29,461 nucleotides of DNA from a bacterium (GCA_037137535.1 JBAXKC010000030.1:1-29461), one strand, 5' to 3'; shown: positions 16,750 to 26,403, counted from the first letter of the stretch. The notes: generated by a model from the letters alone, not told the origin. Numbers and translations: made by a program.

Positions 16750-17208
16750 TTAAAATTTGCAAAGAATTACATGATAAGCCATTGAAATAACAAAACCAAG
16801 CAATGCGCCCATTAAAACTTCTATCGGTGTATGCCCTAAAAGCTCAATTAATCTTTCAGACGGTTTTGTCGGCTTTTCATGATAATAATCATCAACAACT
16901 TTGTTTAATACCGTTGCCATTTTACCAGCTGAGCGTCTTAATCCTGCTGCATCATACATTACAACCAGAGCATAACCTAATGCAATAGCAAATTGTGTTG
17001 ATAAATAACCTTCTACAAGAGCAACGCTGGTTGTAAGCGCAATAACAAATGCACTATGGCTACTTGGCATACCACCTGTTTCAGTTAGAATCTTAAAATT
17101 AATTTTTTTATTGGTTTTGTAGTAAAACACTATTTTTAAAAATTGAGCCATAAATGCTGCTATTATTGCAGCTGTTATTACTTCTAAACCGTTATTTTCA
17201 ATAATCAT
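16750..17208 (-). CDS. Divergent PAP2 family protein (DUF212)
   Basis: GGMPSSHSA, VVMYDAAGLRRSAG, ELLGHTP.EV; start overlaps the upstream stop (TAATG). Confidence 0.93.
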   Translation of the reverse strand: MIIENNGLEVITAAIIAAFMAQFLKIVFYYKTNKKINFKILTETGGMPSSHSAFVIALTTSVALVEGYLSTQFAIALGYALVVMYDAAGLRRSAGKMATVLNKVVDDYYHEKPTKPSERLIELLGHTPIEVLMGALLGFVISMAYHVILCKF

Positions 17209-18101
17209 TATTTATTTACCTTTTGCCAAATACCGTCAGCTATATTCTGTAACGCAGGAGTGAGTACGTTGTTTTCTTCCAGTTTATTTACGGCTAGTGT
17301 ACAAAGCCGTTTAACTTCTTCTTTTGCTTCATTTATACCAAATAATACGGGATATGTCTTTTTATTTGATTTTATGTCTTTACCTGGAGTTTTGCCAAGG
17401 CTTTCTTTTGTTCCGATTATATCAAGAATATCATCTGCAATCTGAAAAGAATATCCTACATGTTTTGCATAATATGTCAAAGCATCTAATTGTTCCTCAG
17501 AAGCCTCTGATAGTATAGCTCCTGCTCTTAATGCAAAAATGAAAAGTTTTCCTGTTTTGTGTGTATGAATATACTCTAATTTTGCAATATCAATATCTTC
17601 GTTTTCTGATTCTATATCGACAACTTGTCCTGCAATTAAGCCCATAGGACCGATTGCCTCGAATAATTCCTTTAAAACAAAATGTAAGTTTTCTTTTTTA
17701 ACTGTTTCAGGTGTATTTTCCAGAATAAGAAGAGGTGCATGTGAAAGTAAAGCATCGCCAGCAAGAACTGCTGTTGCTTCACCAAAAACCTTATGGTTTG
17801 TAGGGTTTCCTCGCCTGAAGTCATCATCATCCATACATGGCAAGTCATCATGGATTAAGCTGTATGAATGAATCATCTCAATTGCACAAGCTGTCGGGAT
17901 TACTTCTTCAATATTTCCACCGCAAGCTCTAGCCGCCTCCATTACTAATAATGGTCTTAGCCTTTTTCCATCGGCAAGAACAGTATATCTCATTGATTCC
18001 CATAGTTTTTGCGGGTATCTGTTTTCAAGATAATTGTTTAAATGAGAGTCTATTATTTTTATATTTTCTTGAATATATTCGTTAAAATCAAAATTAGCCA
18101 T
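17208..18101 (-). CDS. crtE: Geranylgeranyl/farnesyl diphosphate synthase
   Basis: GKRLRP, SLIHDDLPCMDDDDFRRG (FARM), GQVVD, KTG, FQIADDILD (SARM). ATG 18101 preferred. Chain length (ispA versus crtE) not resolved. Confidence 0.9.
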   Translation of the reverse strand: MANFDFNEYIQENIKIIDSHLNNYLENRYPQKLWESMRYTVLADGKRLRPLLVMEAARACGGNIEEVIPTACAIEMIHSYSLIHDDLPCMDDDDFRRGNPTNHKVFGEATAVLAGDALLSHAPLLILENTPETVKKENLHFVLKELFEAIGPMGLIAGQVVDIESENEDIDIAKLEYIHTHKTGKLFIFALRAGAILSEASEEQLDALTYYAKHVGYSFQIADDILDIIGTKESLGKTPGKDIKSNKKTYPVLFGINEAKEEVKRLCTLAVNKLEENNVLTPALQNIADGIWQKVNK

Positions 18102-18127
18102 AATGTCGCCTATTTCCCATTTATGCT

Positions 18128-19198
18128 CTAATCTAAACATTCATCATTATAATATGTATAGTCCAAAGAAGATATAACGTTCTTTAATTTTTGTTTATTC
18201 TTCTTTCTTGAGTCTTCTCTTTTCTGCAAGCCCAGTTTTACAATGTTTACTTTCTCATTATTTCCTTTATCAATGGTTTTTGACTTTTTTTCTTCCTTAT
18301 GTCCAGAATTAATAAGCTTTTTTTTATATTCCAAGGCTTCTTCTATAAAAGCTTTGTAACTATTATACCTTGAAGAAGGAATTTTATTAAGATTTTTAAT
18401 AACATTGCACCCTTCTTCGTTAATATGAAGGCAATCATTGTAAAAACACTCTTTTGAAAAATCATGAATTTCTGTAAAAAATTCATCTATCATTTCAGGC
18501 AATACATCATCAAACCTTAGAAAGCTGAACCCTGGAGCGTCTGCAATAATTCCTTTGTGTTCGTCATCAAACAAAAGCTCAATCAGCTCTACATGTCTGG
18601 TTGTATGAGTTCCTCTGTGGCTTTTATTGCTTATTTCTTTTGTTTTTAAATGTAATCCCGGGGATATAGTATTAACAATACTTGATTTACCAACTCCCGA
18701 CTCACCACAAAGAACTGAAATTTTATCTTTTAAGGTTATTTTAAATTCTTCAATACCCTCAGCCGTTTTAGCTGAAAGAAAAATAAGTTTATATCCTAAA
18801 GGCTCATAGATTGCTTTAATTTCATTTATTTCATCGATATTATCTAATAAATCGGTTTTATTTATACAGATTATGGAGTTAAATCCATGCCTGCCCGCAT
18901 TAACAAGATATCTGTCGAGTTGAGAATAGTCTAAAACAGGATCAATTATAGACGAAACGGTTATAACCTGATCAATATTTGCAATTGAAGGTTTTGGCAA
19001 AAAAGAAGTTCTTTCAAGGACTTCAAAAATTGCACCTTGAGAAGATTCAATTTCAATCTCTTCAACAACGACTTTATCACCCACAAATACTTCCTGATTA
19101 GCTTTTTTTAACTTTTCTCTGATTTTGCATTCAAGTAAAAGCGTAGAGCATTTCACATAATAAAAATTCGAGTGTATTTTTACTACGACTCCTATCAA
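18128..19198 (-). CDS. rsgA: Ribosome small subunit-dependent GTPase A
   Basis: Circularly permuted GTPase: NKTD, GESGVGKSS, GTHTT, DAPG; CFYNDCLHINEEGC zinc site; TTG start with SD CAGGAG. Confidence 0.95.
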   Translation of the reverse strand: MIGVVVKIHSNFYYVKCSTLLLECKIREKLKKANQEVFVGDKVVVEEIEIESSQGAIFEVLERTSFLPKPSIANIDQVITVSSIIDPVLDYSQLDRYLVNAGRHGFNSIICINKTDLLDNIDEINEIKAIYEPLGYKLIFLSAKTAEGIEEFKITLKDKISVLCGESGVGKSSIVNTISPGLHLKTKEISNKSHRGTHTTRHVELIELLFDDEHKGIIADAPGFSFLRFDDVLPEMIDEFFTEIHDFSKECFYNDCLHINEEGCNVIKNLNKIPSSRYNSYKAFIEEALEYKKKLINSGHKEEKKSKTIDKGNNEKVNIVKLGLQKREDSRKKNKQKLKNVISSLDYTYYNDECLD

Positions 19199-19386
19199 TT
19201 TTTACTCCTGATTTTTCTTTATAAAGACTTATTCTATTATATAACAAATATTTTTATTAAAAGACTTATTAATAATCATTAAAAACATTAAAAAAAGTTT
19301 ATCACTAATAATAAATCTCTATTCAGTTATTTTTTTTTTTGGTAATCTAAGCATGAATGTTTTAGATTAATTCAGGAGTCCTAAAA

Positions 19387-20343
19387 ATGGATAAAAAATA
19401 CCGTATAGGCGTTGATCTTGGTGGAACTAACGTAAAAATCGCAATTGTAGATGAAAAAGGACATATTGCGTATTCAAGCAGCGAACCTACAAGAGCGGAG
19501 ATGGGATATAAATATACAATACAAAACATTATCAATCTCATCAAAACAAGTCTTAAAGAAACTGATATTTCAAAAGATGCTATTGGTGGTATTGGTGTAG
19601 GTTGCCCAGGGCAAATCGACTCTGAAAACGGTATTGTAAGACTTCTTCCTAATATTCCGGGATGGGTAAATGTTCCGTTGACCGATATTATGGAAGAAGA
19701 ATTTGGAATTAAAACATGTGTAGATAATGACGTAAGATGTGCTACTCTTGGCGAAATGGCTTTTGGAGCAGGTAAAGGACTTAAAAACATTATCTGTATA
19801 ACTGTAGGAACAGGTATAGGTTCAGGAATAGTAGTTAACGGTAAATTAGCTCGTGGAGCAAGCGGTACAGCAGGTGAAATCGGTCATATGATGTTGCAAG
19901 ACCACATGGGACCTATTTGCGGATGTGGAAATACAGGCTGCCTTGAAGCATTAGCTTCCGGCCCTACCATTGTTCAAATGGCTAATGAATATTTAATGAG
20001 TGGAAAATCCACTAAATTCAGAGAATTAGCAGTAAATACTCCTATTTCTCCGAGAATTGTTGCTGAAGCTGCTGAAATGGGCGACCAAGTGGCAAAAAGA
20101 ATATTTGAAATCAATGGTTACTGGATTGGTATAGGAATGGCAAATCTTGTAAATATACTAAATCCTGAAGCTATTATTGTAGGTGGCGGAGTTGCTCAGG
20201 CAGGTGACTTATTACTTGAGCCAATCAGAAAAGTGATTAAAGAGAGAGCTCTTTCAATTCCTGGTGAAGCTGTAAAAGTTGTAGCTGCGGAACTGGGCGA
20301 AAGTGCAGGAATTATTGGTGCAAGTTTATTAACTTTACAATAA
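19387..20343 (+). CDS. ROK family sugar kinase (glucokinase-like)
   Basis: GVDLGGT, DNDVRCA, GTGIGSG, GEIGH, CGCGNTGCLE; no N-terminal HTH. Confidence 0.94.
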   Translation: MDKKYRIGVDLGGTNVKIAIVDEKGHIAYSSSEPTRAEMGYKYTIQNIINLIKTSLKETDISKDAIGGIGVGCPGQIDSENGIVRLLPNIPGWVNVPLTDIMEEEFGIKTCVDNDVRCATLGEMAFGAGKGLKNIICITVGTGIGSGIVVNGKLARGASGTAGEIGHMMLQDHMGPICGCGNTGCLEALASGPTIVQMANEYLMSGKSTKFRELAVNTPISPRIVAEAAEMGDQVAKRIFEINGYWIGIGMANLVNILNPEAIIVGGGVAQAGDLLLEPIRKVIKERALSIPGEAVKVVAAELGESAGIIGASLLTLQ

Positions 20344-20362
20344 TCTTAAATATTTATTTTTT

Positions 20363-20394
20363 TAAACAGCCTGACTTCAAAATCAGGCTGTTTA
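20363..20394 (+). terminator. Terminator after ROK kinase
   Basis: TAAACAGCCTGA-8 nt-TCAGGCTGTTTA then TTATTT. Confidence 0.8.
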
Positions 20395-20453
20395 TTATTT
20401 GAATAAAAACTGTATAATAAAAAAGTATTGTGCTTTATAAAGTGTGGAATTAA

Positions 20454-22217
20454 ATGAATAACCTTCAAGAAGTATTTACTGATGCTTTAAAAGATTATGA
20501 AGCGGGCAATTTAGCTAAAGCTCTCAGCAGTCTTGCATCTTTATATAATCAAAATAATGATAATCCAAACTTTTGTTATTATTATGGTAATTTACTTATT
20601 GATACAGGTGAAATTGACCTTGCGTTACAAATATATGTCGATTTCATTAATAAAAATACTTCTTGTTATGAAATATGGTTTAATTTAGGTTATATCTTTC
20701 AAATAAAAAATGATTTAACTAATGCTATAGCGTGTTATGAAAATGTTACTCGATTAACCCCCAACTTGCCTGAACCTTATAAAAATCTGGCAACTATCTA
20801 TCATTTATTAAATCAATCTGATGAGTCGGAAAAATATTATGAAAAACTAATTGCAATGAGCTATAGAGACTTTGATGTATGTTATAACCTTGCTGTTATT
20901 TATTTCAAAAAAGCTTGTTATGATAAGGCCTTGGCGTTTTTTAATGAAGCAATAATAATTAATCCAAATGATGAGCTTCTCTATATTTCATTAGGTGATT
21001 GTTATGAGAAATTAAAAGATTACGATAAGGCTATCAGTAATTATTCAAAAACAATAGCTTTAAATGATAAAAACTATGTGGCCTATAACAACATTGGATT
21101 TATTCATTATAATTATTATAAAAATTATGAGAAAGCGGCTTATTTCTATGAGCAATCCTTAAATTATTTAGATGAATCAAACACAACCATTGCTTATGCC
21201 ATATATAATAATATGGCAAATATTTATTACACCAGAAGAGATTTGCCAAATGCGATTAAATACTATGAAAAAGCCTATAATCTTAATCAAGATGATTATG
21301 TTTTAAGCTATAACTACGGGAAAACATTAATTTTAAACGGTGAATACATTAAAGGTTTTAAATTTTATGATCTTTGCATGTATAAATATCCGCAACTTTG
21401 CACTTTGTTTGATGAAAGCCAATATCCAATGTGGAAAGGGCAATCACTTAAAGGTAAAACTATTGTAGTCTATGAAAAAGCAGGTTTTGGGGATACTTTC
21501 ATGTTTAGCAGGTATATATATTTGCTGAAAGATTTAGCGGAGAAAGTTATTTTACTTACAAAAAATGAAGTTCATGACCTTATAAATTACAACTTTGGCG
21601 ATATTGTAACTGTAATGAAAGAAAATGAGTTTGAAAAAAATCAACATATTGATTATCAAATTCCATTTTTATTTTGTCCGTTCGCTTTTAAGACTGAAAT
21701 CGAAAACATACCTTCAATTAATGGCTATTTAAAGCCAAACCCACAAAGAATTGAAAAATTTAAAAAATATTTTGATACTCCAAAGCTCAAAATAGGTATA
21801 GCTTGGAAATCAAAGGGTGATTTACGGGATATTCCTTTTGAATATTTGAATTTTCTTAAAGATATAAAGGAAATTCAAGTATATTCACTTCAAAAAGATG
21901 CCAAGACTGAACATTTAGCTAATATTATTAATTTAGGCGCTTTATTTGATGATTTTTCTGATACTTGCTCTGCTATTTCACAATTGGACATGGTTATAAG
22001 CACTGATATGGCTGTTCCTAATCTATCTGGAAGTATGGGAGTTCCGACTTTTGTACTTCTTACTTATCAGCAAGATTGGAGATGGGGCTTTAATCAAGAA
22101 AAATCACCATGGTTTAATAGTGTAAGCTGTATTGTTCAAGATAAAAATAATGATTGGGAAAGCGTAATTAATAAGTTAAATACAAAATTATCTTCCATAA
22201 TAAAAGATAGACATTAA
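20454..22217 (+). CDS. TPR-repeat protein with C-terminal GT-B glycosyltransferase-like domain
   Basis: About 8 TPRs, then W.GQSLKGKTI, GFGDT.MFSRY, KIGIAW, DFSDT...LDMVISTD, DWRW...SPWF. Confidence 0.88.
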   Translation: MNNLQEVFTDALKDYEAGNLAKALSSLASLYNQNNDNPNFCYYYGNLLIDTGEIDLALQIYVDFINKNTSCYEIWFNLGYIFQIKNDLTNAIACYENVTRLTPNLPEPYKNLATIYHLLNQSDESEKYYEKLIAMSYRDFDVCYNLAVIYFKKACYDKALAFFNEAIIINPNDELLYISLGDCYEKLKDYDKAISNYSKTIALNDKNYVAYNNIGFIHYNYYKNYEKAAYFYEQSLNYLDESNTTIAYAIYNNMANIYYTRRDLPNAIKYYEKAYNLNQDDYVLSYNYGKTLILNGEYIKGFKFYDLCMYKYPQLCTLFDESQYPMWKGQSLKGKTIVVYEKAGFGDTFMFSRYIYLLKDLAEKVILLTKNEVHDLINYNFGDIVTVMKENEFEKNQHIDYQIPFLFCPFAFKTEIENIPSINGYLKPNPQRIEKFKKYFDTPKLKIGIAWKSKGDLRDIPFEYLNFLKDIKEIQVYSLQKDAKTEHLANIINLGALFDDFSDTCSAISQLDMVISTDMAVPNLSGSMGVPTFVLLTYQQDWRWGFNQEKSPWFNSVSCIVQDKNNDWESVINKLNTKLSSIIKDRH

Positions 22218-22260
22218 ATAACTAAGTCTTTAATATCTATCTTAAAATCTATTAAATATT

Positions 22261-23103
22261 TTATATTGCTCTTTGCTGTGTAATTTGCTGTTCTTGACGT
22301 CTAGGTCTTATAGTTTGCTCAACGTTTGTAGTAGCAATAGGTTCAGTCATTTCAGCAGGTTTTTTCAAAATGGTTTTTTGATACAATGCATCAACTTCTG
22401 CTTGAGTTATTTTAAGAACTTTAGGTGTAGGCGGTACATTGGGTGGTTTGATTGTTGCAGTAGCACCTAATGACGGCGGAATATCCGGCTCTTTTTTAAT
22501 ATGTCCTGCGACGTTATCAGCTGTTTCTTGCAGGTTAGACATAAATAATCTCAATGTTTCAGACAGTTTTGCCGCTAATTTAGTTTCAGGAACATTTGCA
22601 TTTATATCATCAGCTTTAATATGATGAAGAACTTTCTCTGATTCAGACGCTGGATGAGATAATACAACTCCTTTATTATCATTTAATATTGCAATCTCAA
22701 CATTGCCATGTTCAACTTTTCCTGAAATTTCTGAGACAGTACCGGAAGTATTTTTATTTAAAATAGTTTTCACATTAGGATCGGTTACTGATTTTTTTAT
22801 ATTTGTTAAATTTGTAGAAACATTATCTTTGAACTCTTGAAATATTTCACCGGCTGATTTTTCTGATTCAAATATTTTCTTTGGTAAGCCTGTTATAATA
22901 TCTAATGCTTTAAATAAATCAGCTTCAACTGTTTCCATATCTATAACTCTTCCAGGCATGCCTCTTAACCCTGAAGCTTCATAACCTGTATTTTTAACCA
23001 GCACCTGTGCCGGTTTTGTAAAAGTAGATCTTATTCCAGTAAAAGCAACTTTATTTTGATTTGCATTAATATTATAGGACGGCATGTTATTATTCAATTT
23101 CAT
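22261..23103 (-). CDS. Hypothetical protein (N-rich leader ending VAFTG)
   Basis: 280-aa ORF, SD AAGGGG. Confidence 0.8.
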   Translation of the reverse strand: MKLNNNMPSYNINANQNKVAFTGIRSTFTKPAQVLVKNTGYEASGLRGMPGRVIDMETVEADLFKALDIITGLPKKIFESEKSAGEIFQEFKDNVSTNLTNIKKSVTDPNVKTILNKNTSGTVSEISGKVEHGNVEIAILNDNKGVVLSHPASESEKVLHHIKADDINANVPETKLAAKLSETLRLFMSNLQETADNVAGHIKKEPDIPPSLGATATIKPPNVPPTPKVLKITQAEVDALYQKTILKKPAEMTEPIATTNVEQTIRPRRQEQQITQQRAI

Positions 23104-23212
23104 TAATTTTTACCCCTTTAGTCTATTTACCGTTAAAAAGCTGGTGAATAAATAAAATTGCTATCTCAAAATCAAATAACAATAATTTGTTACAAATAAA
23201 ATTAGGCACTAA

Positions 23213-23238
23213 AAAGCCTTACTTATCAGTAAGGCTTT
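23213..23238 (-). terminator. Terminator between the two orphan genes
   Basis: AAAGCCTTACT-TATC-AGTAAGGCTTT, with a U-run on the minus strand. Confidence 0.75.
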
Positions 23239-23248
23239 ATGAGTTTAA

Positions 23249-23824
23249 CTATTCTTCGGTTGCTTTTAATCTTTCGTTCAATTTTGCTTGATTATCAGCA
23301 AATTTAACTAAAGCCCCAATTCCTAAATAAGCTGTTCCTGCAATAAATGCATATTTTACTGAATGGTATGCTCCGTTTACTAACGATACTCCTGCATCCA
23401 TAGCATGAATTCCGACAGATTGAGCCATTTCTTTTATTTTAGGACTTTTAACAAAGTCAACAACTGCTTTTTTCACATCACCAAATTTTGTTTCAGAGAT
23501 TTTTTTAATAACACCTTGAACTTGTTCTTTTATAGGTGTGGATACTTTTGCTGTAGCTGCCTCAACAGTTTTTTCAGCTACAGGTGTAAATAAGTTCTGT
23601 TGTTCGTTTCTAAATAATTTTATATTCGCAAAAGTTGATAAAGTTCCAAGAATAAAAGCAACTTCACCAGTTTGAACCGCAACATGCTTAGCCTTTTGTA
23701 CAGGTTTATCAAACATAATATCTTCAAGTGGTCTTGTTTGATATTTCTTTTCAGGTTTTCCTTGCATAGCAACTTGATTGCGTTGCGACATTATCGTTCT
23801 TTGTTGTGTGTTTAAATTCAACAT
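23249..23824 (-). CDS. Hypothetical protein with two hydrophobic segments (N/Q-rich leader ending VAMQG)
   Basis: 191-aa ORF, SD GAGG/GGA. Confidence 0.8.
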   Translation of the reverse strand: MLNLNTQQRTIMSQRNQVAMQGKPEKKYQTRPLEDIMFDKPVQKAKHVAVQTGEVAFILGTLSTFANIKLFRNEQQNLFTPVAEKTVEAATAKVSTPIKEQVQGVIKKISETKFGDVKKAVVDFVKSPKIKEMAQSVGIHAMDAGVSLVNGAYHSVKYAFIAGTAYLGIGALVKFADNQAKLNERLKATEE

Positions 23825-23922
23825 TATTATCCAACCTCATTTTAAATGATTGTTCATAACTATTAAAACTCAAAGATAAAAAAATGTGACACCATAAATG
23901 GATTATATTTAATATTTGTTAC

Positions 23923-24765
23923 CTATTCTTTAACAGCACCTTGAGTAGCTCCGCCTACAAAATATTTTTGAAGAGCAAGGAAGAAAACAAGAATAGGCAT
24001 TGTTGAAATAATTGCACCTGCTGCAATATATCTCCAGTTAGAGCTGAAAGCACTTTGAAGATTATTTATGCCGACAGGCAAAGTGTACATGCTCTCTTTG
24101 GAAAGTATAATACTGGGCCATAGAAATTCGCTCCAACATCCGACAAAAGTAAAAATTGCAAGAGTGGCAAGAGATGGCTTTACTAAAGGCATAAAAACCC
24201 TCCACCATATTTGGTAGACATTGCACCCGTCAATTATTGCAGCTTCCTCCAACTCCTTTGGGATGGCCATAAAAGCTTGCCTCATAAGAAAGACTCCGAA
24301 AGCATTTACCGCAAACGGTAAAATCAATCCTAAATAACCTGCAAATGGTGAAACTGTATCAACAAACCCTAATTTTATAGTAATAAGATAAATCGGTATC
24401 ATTACAACTTGAAACGGCACCATTATGGTTGAAAGAATAGCGTAAAATATAAAGTTTTTGCCTTTGAACTTCATTCTTGCCAAGGGATAAGCCGCTAAAG
24501 AGGAAAAAACCAAATTTAATACAACTGTTGCAGCAGATACAATAAAGCTGTTTAACAGGTAACGATTAAACGGAACTGCTTCCCATACTCCTATAAAGCT
24601 TGAGAATGAAAAATGTTGAGGAATAAAACTCGGAGGATATGCAAATATATTTTCAGCAGGCGATTTTAATGCCGTAGAAAGCAACCACAAGAAAGGTCCT
24701 ATTGATATAATCGCAATAATGATTAAAACTACATAGCAAAAAGATTTTCTTAAAAATTTATCCAT
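23923..24765 (-). CDS. Carbohydrate ABC transporter permease (MalG/UgpE-like)
   Basis: AAYPLAR..FKGK, FLMRQAF..IPKELEEAAIIDG (EAA loop), W.EFLWP. Confidence 0.95.
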   Translation of the reverse strand: MDKFLRKSFCYVVLIIIAIISIGPFLWLLSTALKSPAENIFAYPPSFIPQHFSFSSFIGVWEAVPFNRYLLNSFIVSAATVVLNLVFSSLAAYPLARMKFKGKNFIFYAILSTIMVPFQVVMIPIYLITIKLGFVDTVSPFAGYLGLILPFAVNAFGVFLMRQAFMAIPKELEEAAIIDGCNVYQIWWRVFMPLVKPSLATLAIFTFVGCWSEFLWPSIILSKESMYTLPVGINNLQSAFSSNWRYIAAGAIISTMPILVFFLALQKYFVGGATQGAVKE

Positions 24766-25640
24766 TATATTGACGTAATCCTTTCATTTTCAAAATATTT
24801 CATGTTTAAAATCGATAACGCCATAATTATAATAAGAAGAACGACTCCAGCCGCTGAAGCATAACCAAGATCAAGGTTTTCAAAAGCTCTCTGGTAAATA
24901 TAATAAACAATAGTCTTACTTGAATTTACAGGCCCACCTTGAGTCATAACATATATTTCCACGAATACTTTCATCGCTGAGATCGTACTTATAATACTTA
25001 CAAGAGCTATAGTAGGCTTTAAATGAGGGATAGAGACGGTTAAATGCTTATGCAACTCGCTTGCGCCATCAATATCAGCGGCCTCATAGAGGTCTTTAGG
25101 GACAGAAATAAGAGAGGAAAGGTAAATTACCATATAATAGCCTAATCCCTTCCATACCGTAACCGCAATTACTGAATATAAGGCAATATTAGGGTCTGTC
25201 AGCCATCCTAATTTCGATAAATGAAGCATTTCAAGAAAATAATTTATTAGTCCGTTACTTGCATATAGCCATTTCCATGCAATTCCTGCCACAACTATTG
25301 ATACTATTACGGGAATATAGGCAAGAACTCTAAATATAGAAATACCCCTTAGTTTTTGACTCATGAATATGGACATGATAAGCGGTAATATTACTAGGAG
25401 AGGAACTGCAACAACTACATAAATAAATGTATTTAACATTGTTTTCCAGAATATGGGAGAGTTTATTAATGTTATATAATTATTAAGTCCTATCCATTGT
25501 GGATTATATATATCAGCATTGTAGTTTAAAAAGCTCAGAACAAAGCTTTCAAGAAATGGAATAAAGAAAAACAACGCAAATATTATTAATGCAGGAATTA
25601 AGAACACATAAGGAGCTATGAAACCTGATTTTTTAAACAA
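24765..25640 (-). CDS. Carbohydrate ABC transporter permease (MalF/UgpA-like)
   Basis: WIGLNNY, WKGLGYYMVIYL, DLYEAADIDGA (EAA loop), MTQGGP, LGYASA; TTG start with SD GGGAG. Confidence 0.95.
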   Translation of the reverse strand: MFKKSGFIAPYVFLIPALIIFALFFFIPFLESFVLSFLNYNADIYNPQWIGLNNYITLINSPIFWKTMLNTFIYVVVAVPLLVILPLIMSIFMSQKLRGISIFRVLAYIPVIVSIVVAGIAWKWLYASNGLINYFLEMLHLSKLGWLTDPNIALYSVIAVTVWKGLGYYMVIYLSSLISVPKDLYEAADIDGASELHKHLTVSIPHLKPTIALVSIISTISAMKVFVEIYVMTQGGPVNSSKTIVYYIYQRAFENLDLGYASAAGVVLLIIIMALSILNMKYFENERITSI

Positions 25641-25791
25641 AATAAATTTTCTCCCAATACCGTAAATGTAAACTTTCTTTGCTGAAATATAAAGAATAAG
25701 ACAAATATACTCAAAAACAATTCATGTCATGTTTTAATAATTAAACAAAAGTAAAATCTCCTTCAACTTATTTTATTAAATGGGGTACAAA

Positions 25792-26325
25792 ATGACAAGA
25801 TCACCTTTTACGACAAATATAAAAACTCAAAATAAAATTGAAGAGAAAATCTACACAAATAAAACAACTGTATCACGCAATAATGAGATAAATTCTTTGA
25901 ATTTAGAAGATACTTCTTCTAATCATATAAGAAATGCAGGTATAATCTCAAGAACTTCTATTCCTGAAACACATAGAAGAATTGCCGATAGTTTTATGAT
26001 AATTAAGAAAATCTTTGGACAGCCTGTAATTCAAGCAAGATTAACAGAAAATGAAGAAATTCTTTTAGCAAAATATGATTTTAACCCTTTAAAAATTACG
26101 ACACAAAAGCAAATGGAAGAAGAACTGACTTTCCTTAAAAAATGGAGTCAATCTTGGAACAATGAGCTAAGATTTGCGGCAGATAAAATCATCGATATTA
26201 GGTCAAAAGAATTAAAATCTTTAATCGCTACTAATTATAGAGATATAACAGGTGATGTTTATACAGGATATAAAGTTTTAGAAAGATATTTTGAATCAAT
26301 TTCAAAGTATGCGAATGAGAGGTAG
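25792..26325 (+). CDS. Hypothetical protein
   Basis: ORF with N/T/S-rich N-terminus; ATG 25792 follows GGGGT; hairpin plus U-run at its end. Confidence 0.7.
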   Translation: MTRSPFTTNIKTQNKIEEKIYTNKTTVSRNNEINSLNLEDTSSNHIRNAGIISRTSIPETHRRIADSFMIIKKIFGQPVIQARLTENEEILLAKYDFNPLKITTQKQMEEELTFLKKWSQSWNNELRFAADKIIDIRSKELKSLIATNYRDITGDVYTGYKVLERYFESISKYANER

Positions 26326-26341
26326 TTAATACCTCTTTTTT
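26318..26341 (+). terminator. Terminator overlapping the stop codon
   Basis: AGAGGTA-GTTAA-TACCTCT-TTTTT. Confidence 0.65.
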
Positions 26342-26342
26342 A

Positions 26343-26371
26343 TTGTCAATTTTATAGATGTGGCTTATTAT
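26343..26371 (+). promoter_or_regulatory. Putative sigma70 promoter of the nitrilase-family gene
   Basis: TTGTCA-17 nt-TATTAT. Confidence 0.5.
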
Positions 26372-26403
26372 TGTAAGAATATAAGCAGTTTAATGAGGGG
26401 ACT

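Noticed and set aside
10339-18101. Archaeal-type ether lipid pathway from G1PDH-like plus GGPP synthase
   Set aside because: The genes are about 6 kb apart in unrelated operons and no GGGP/DGGGP synthase is visible.
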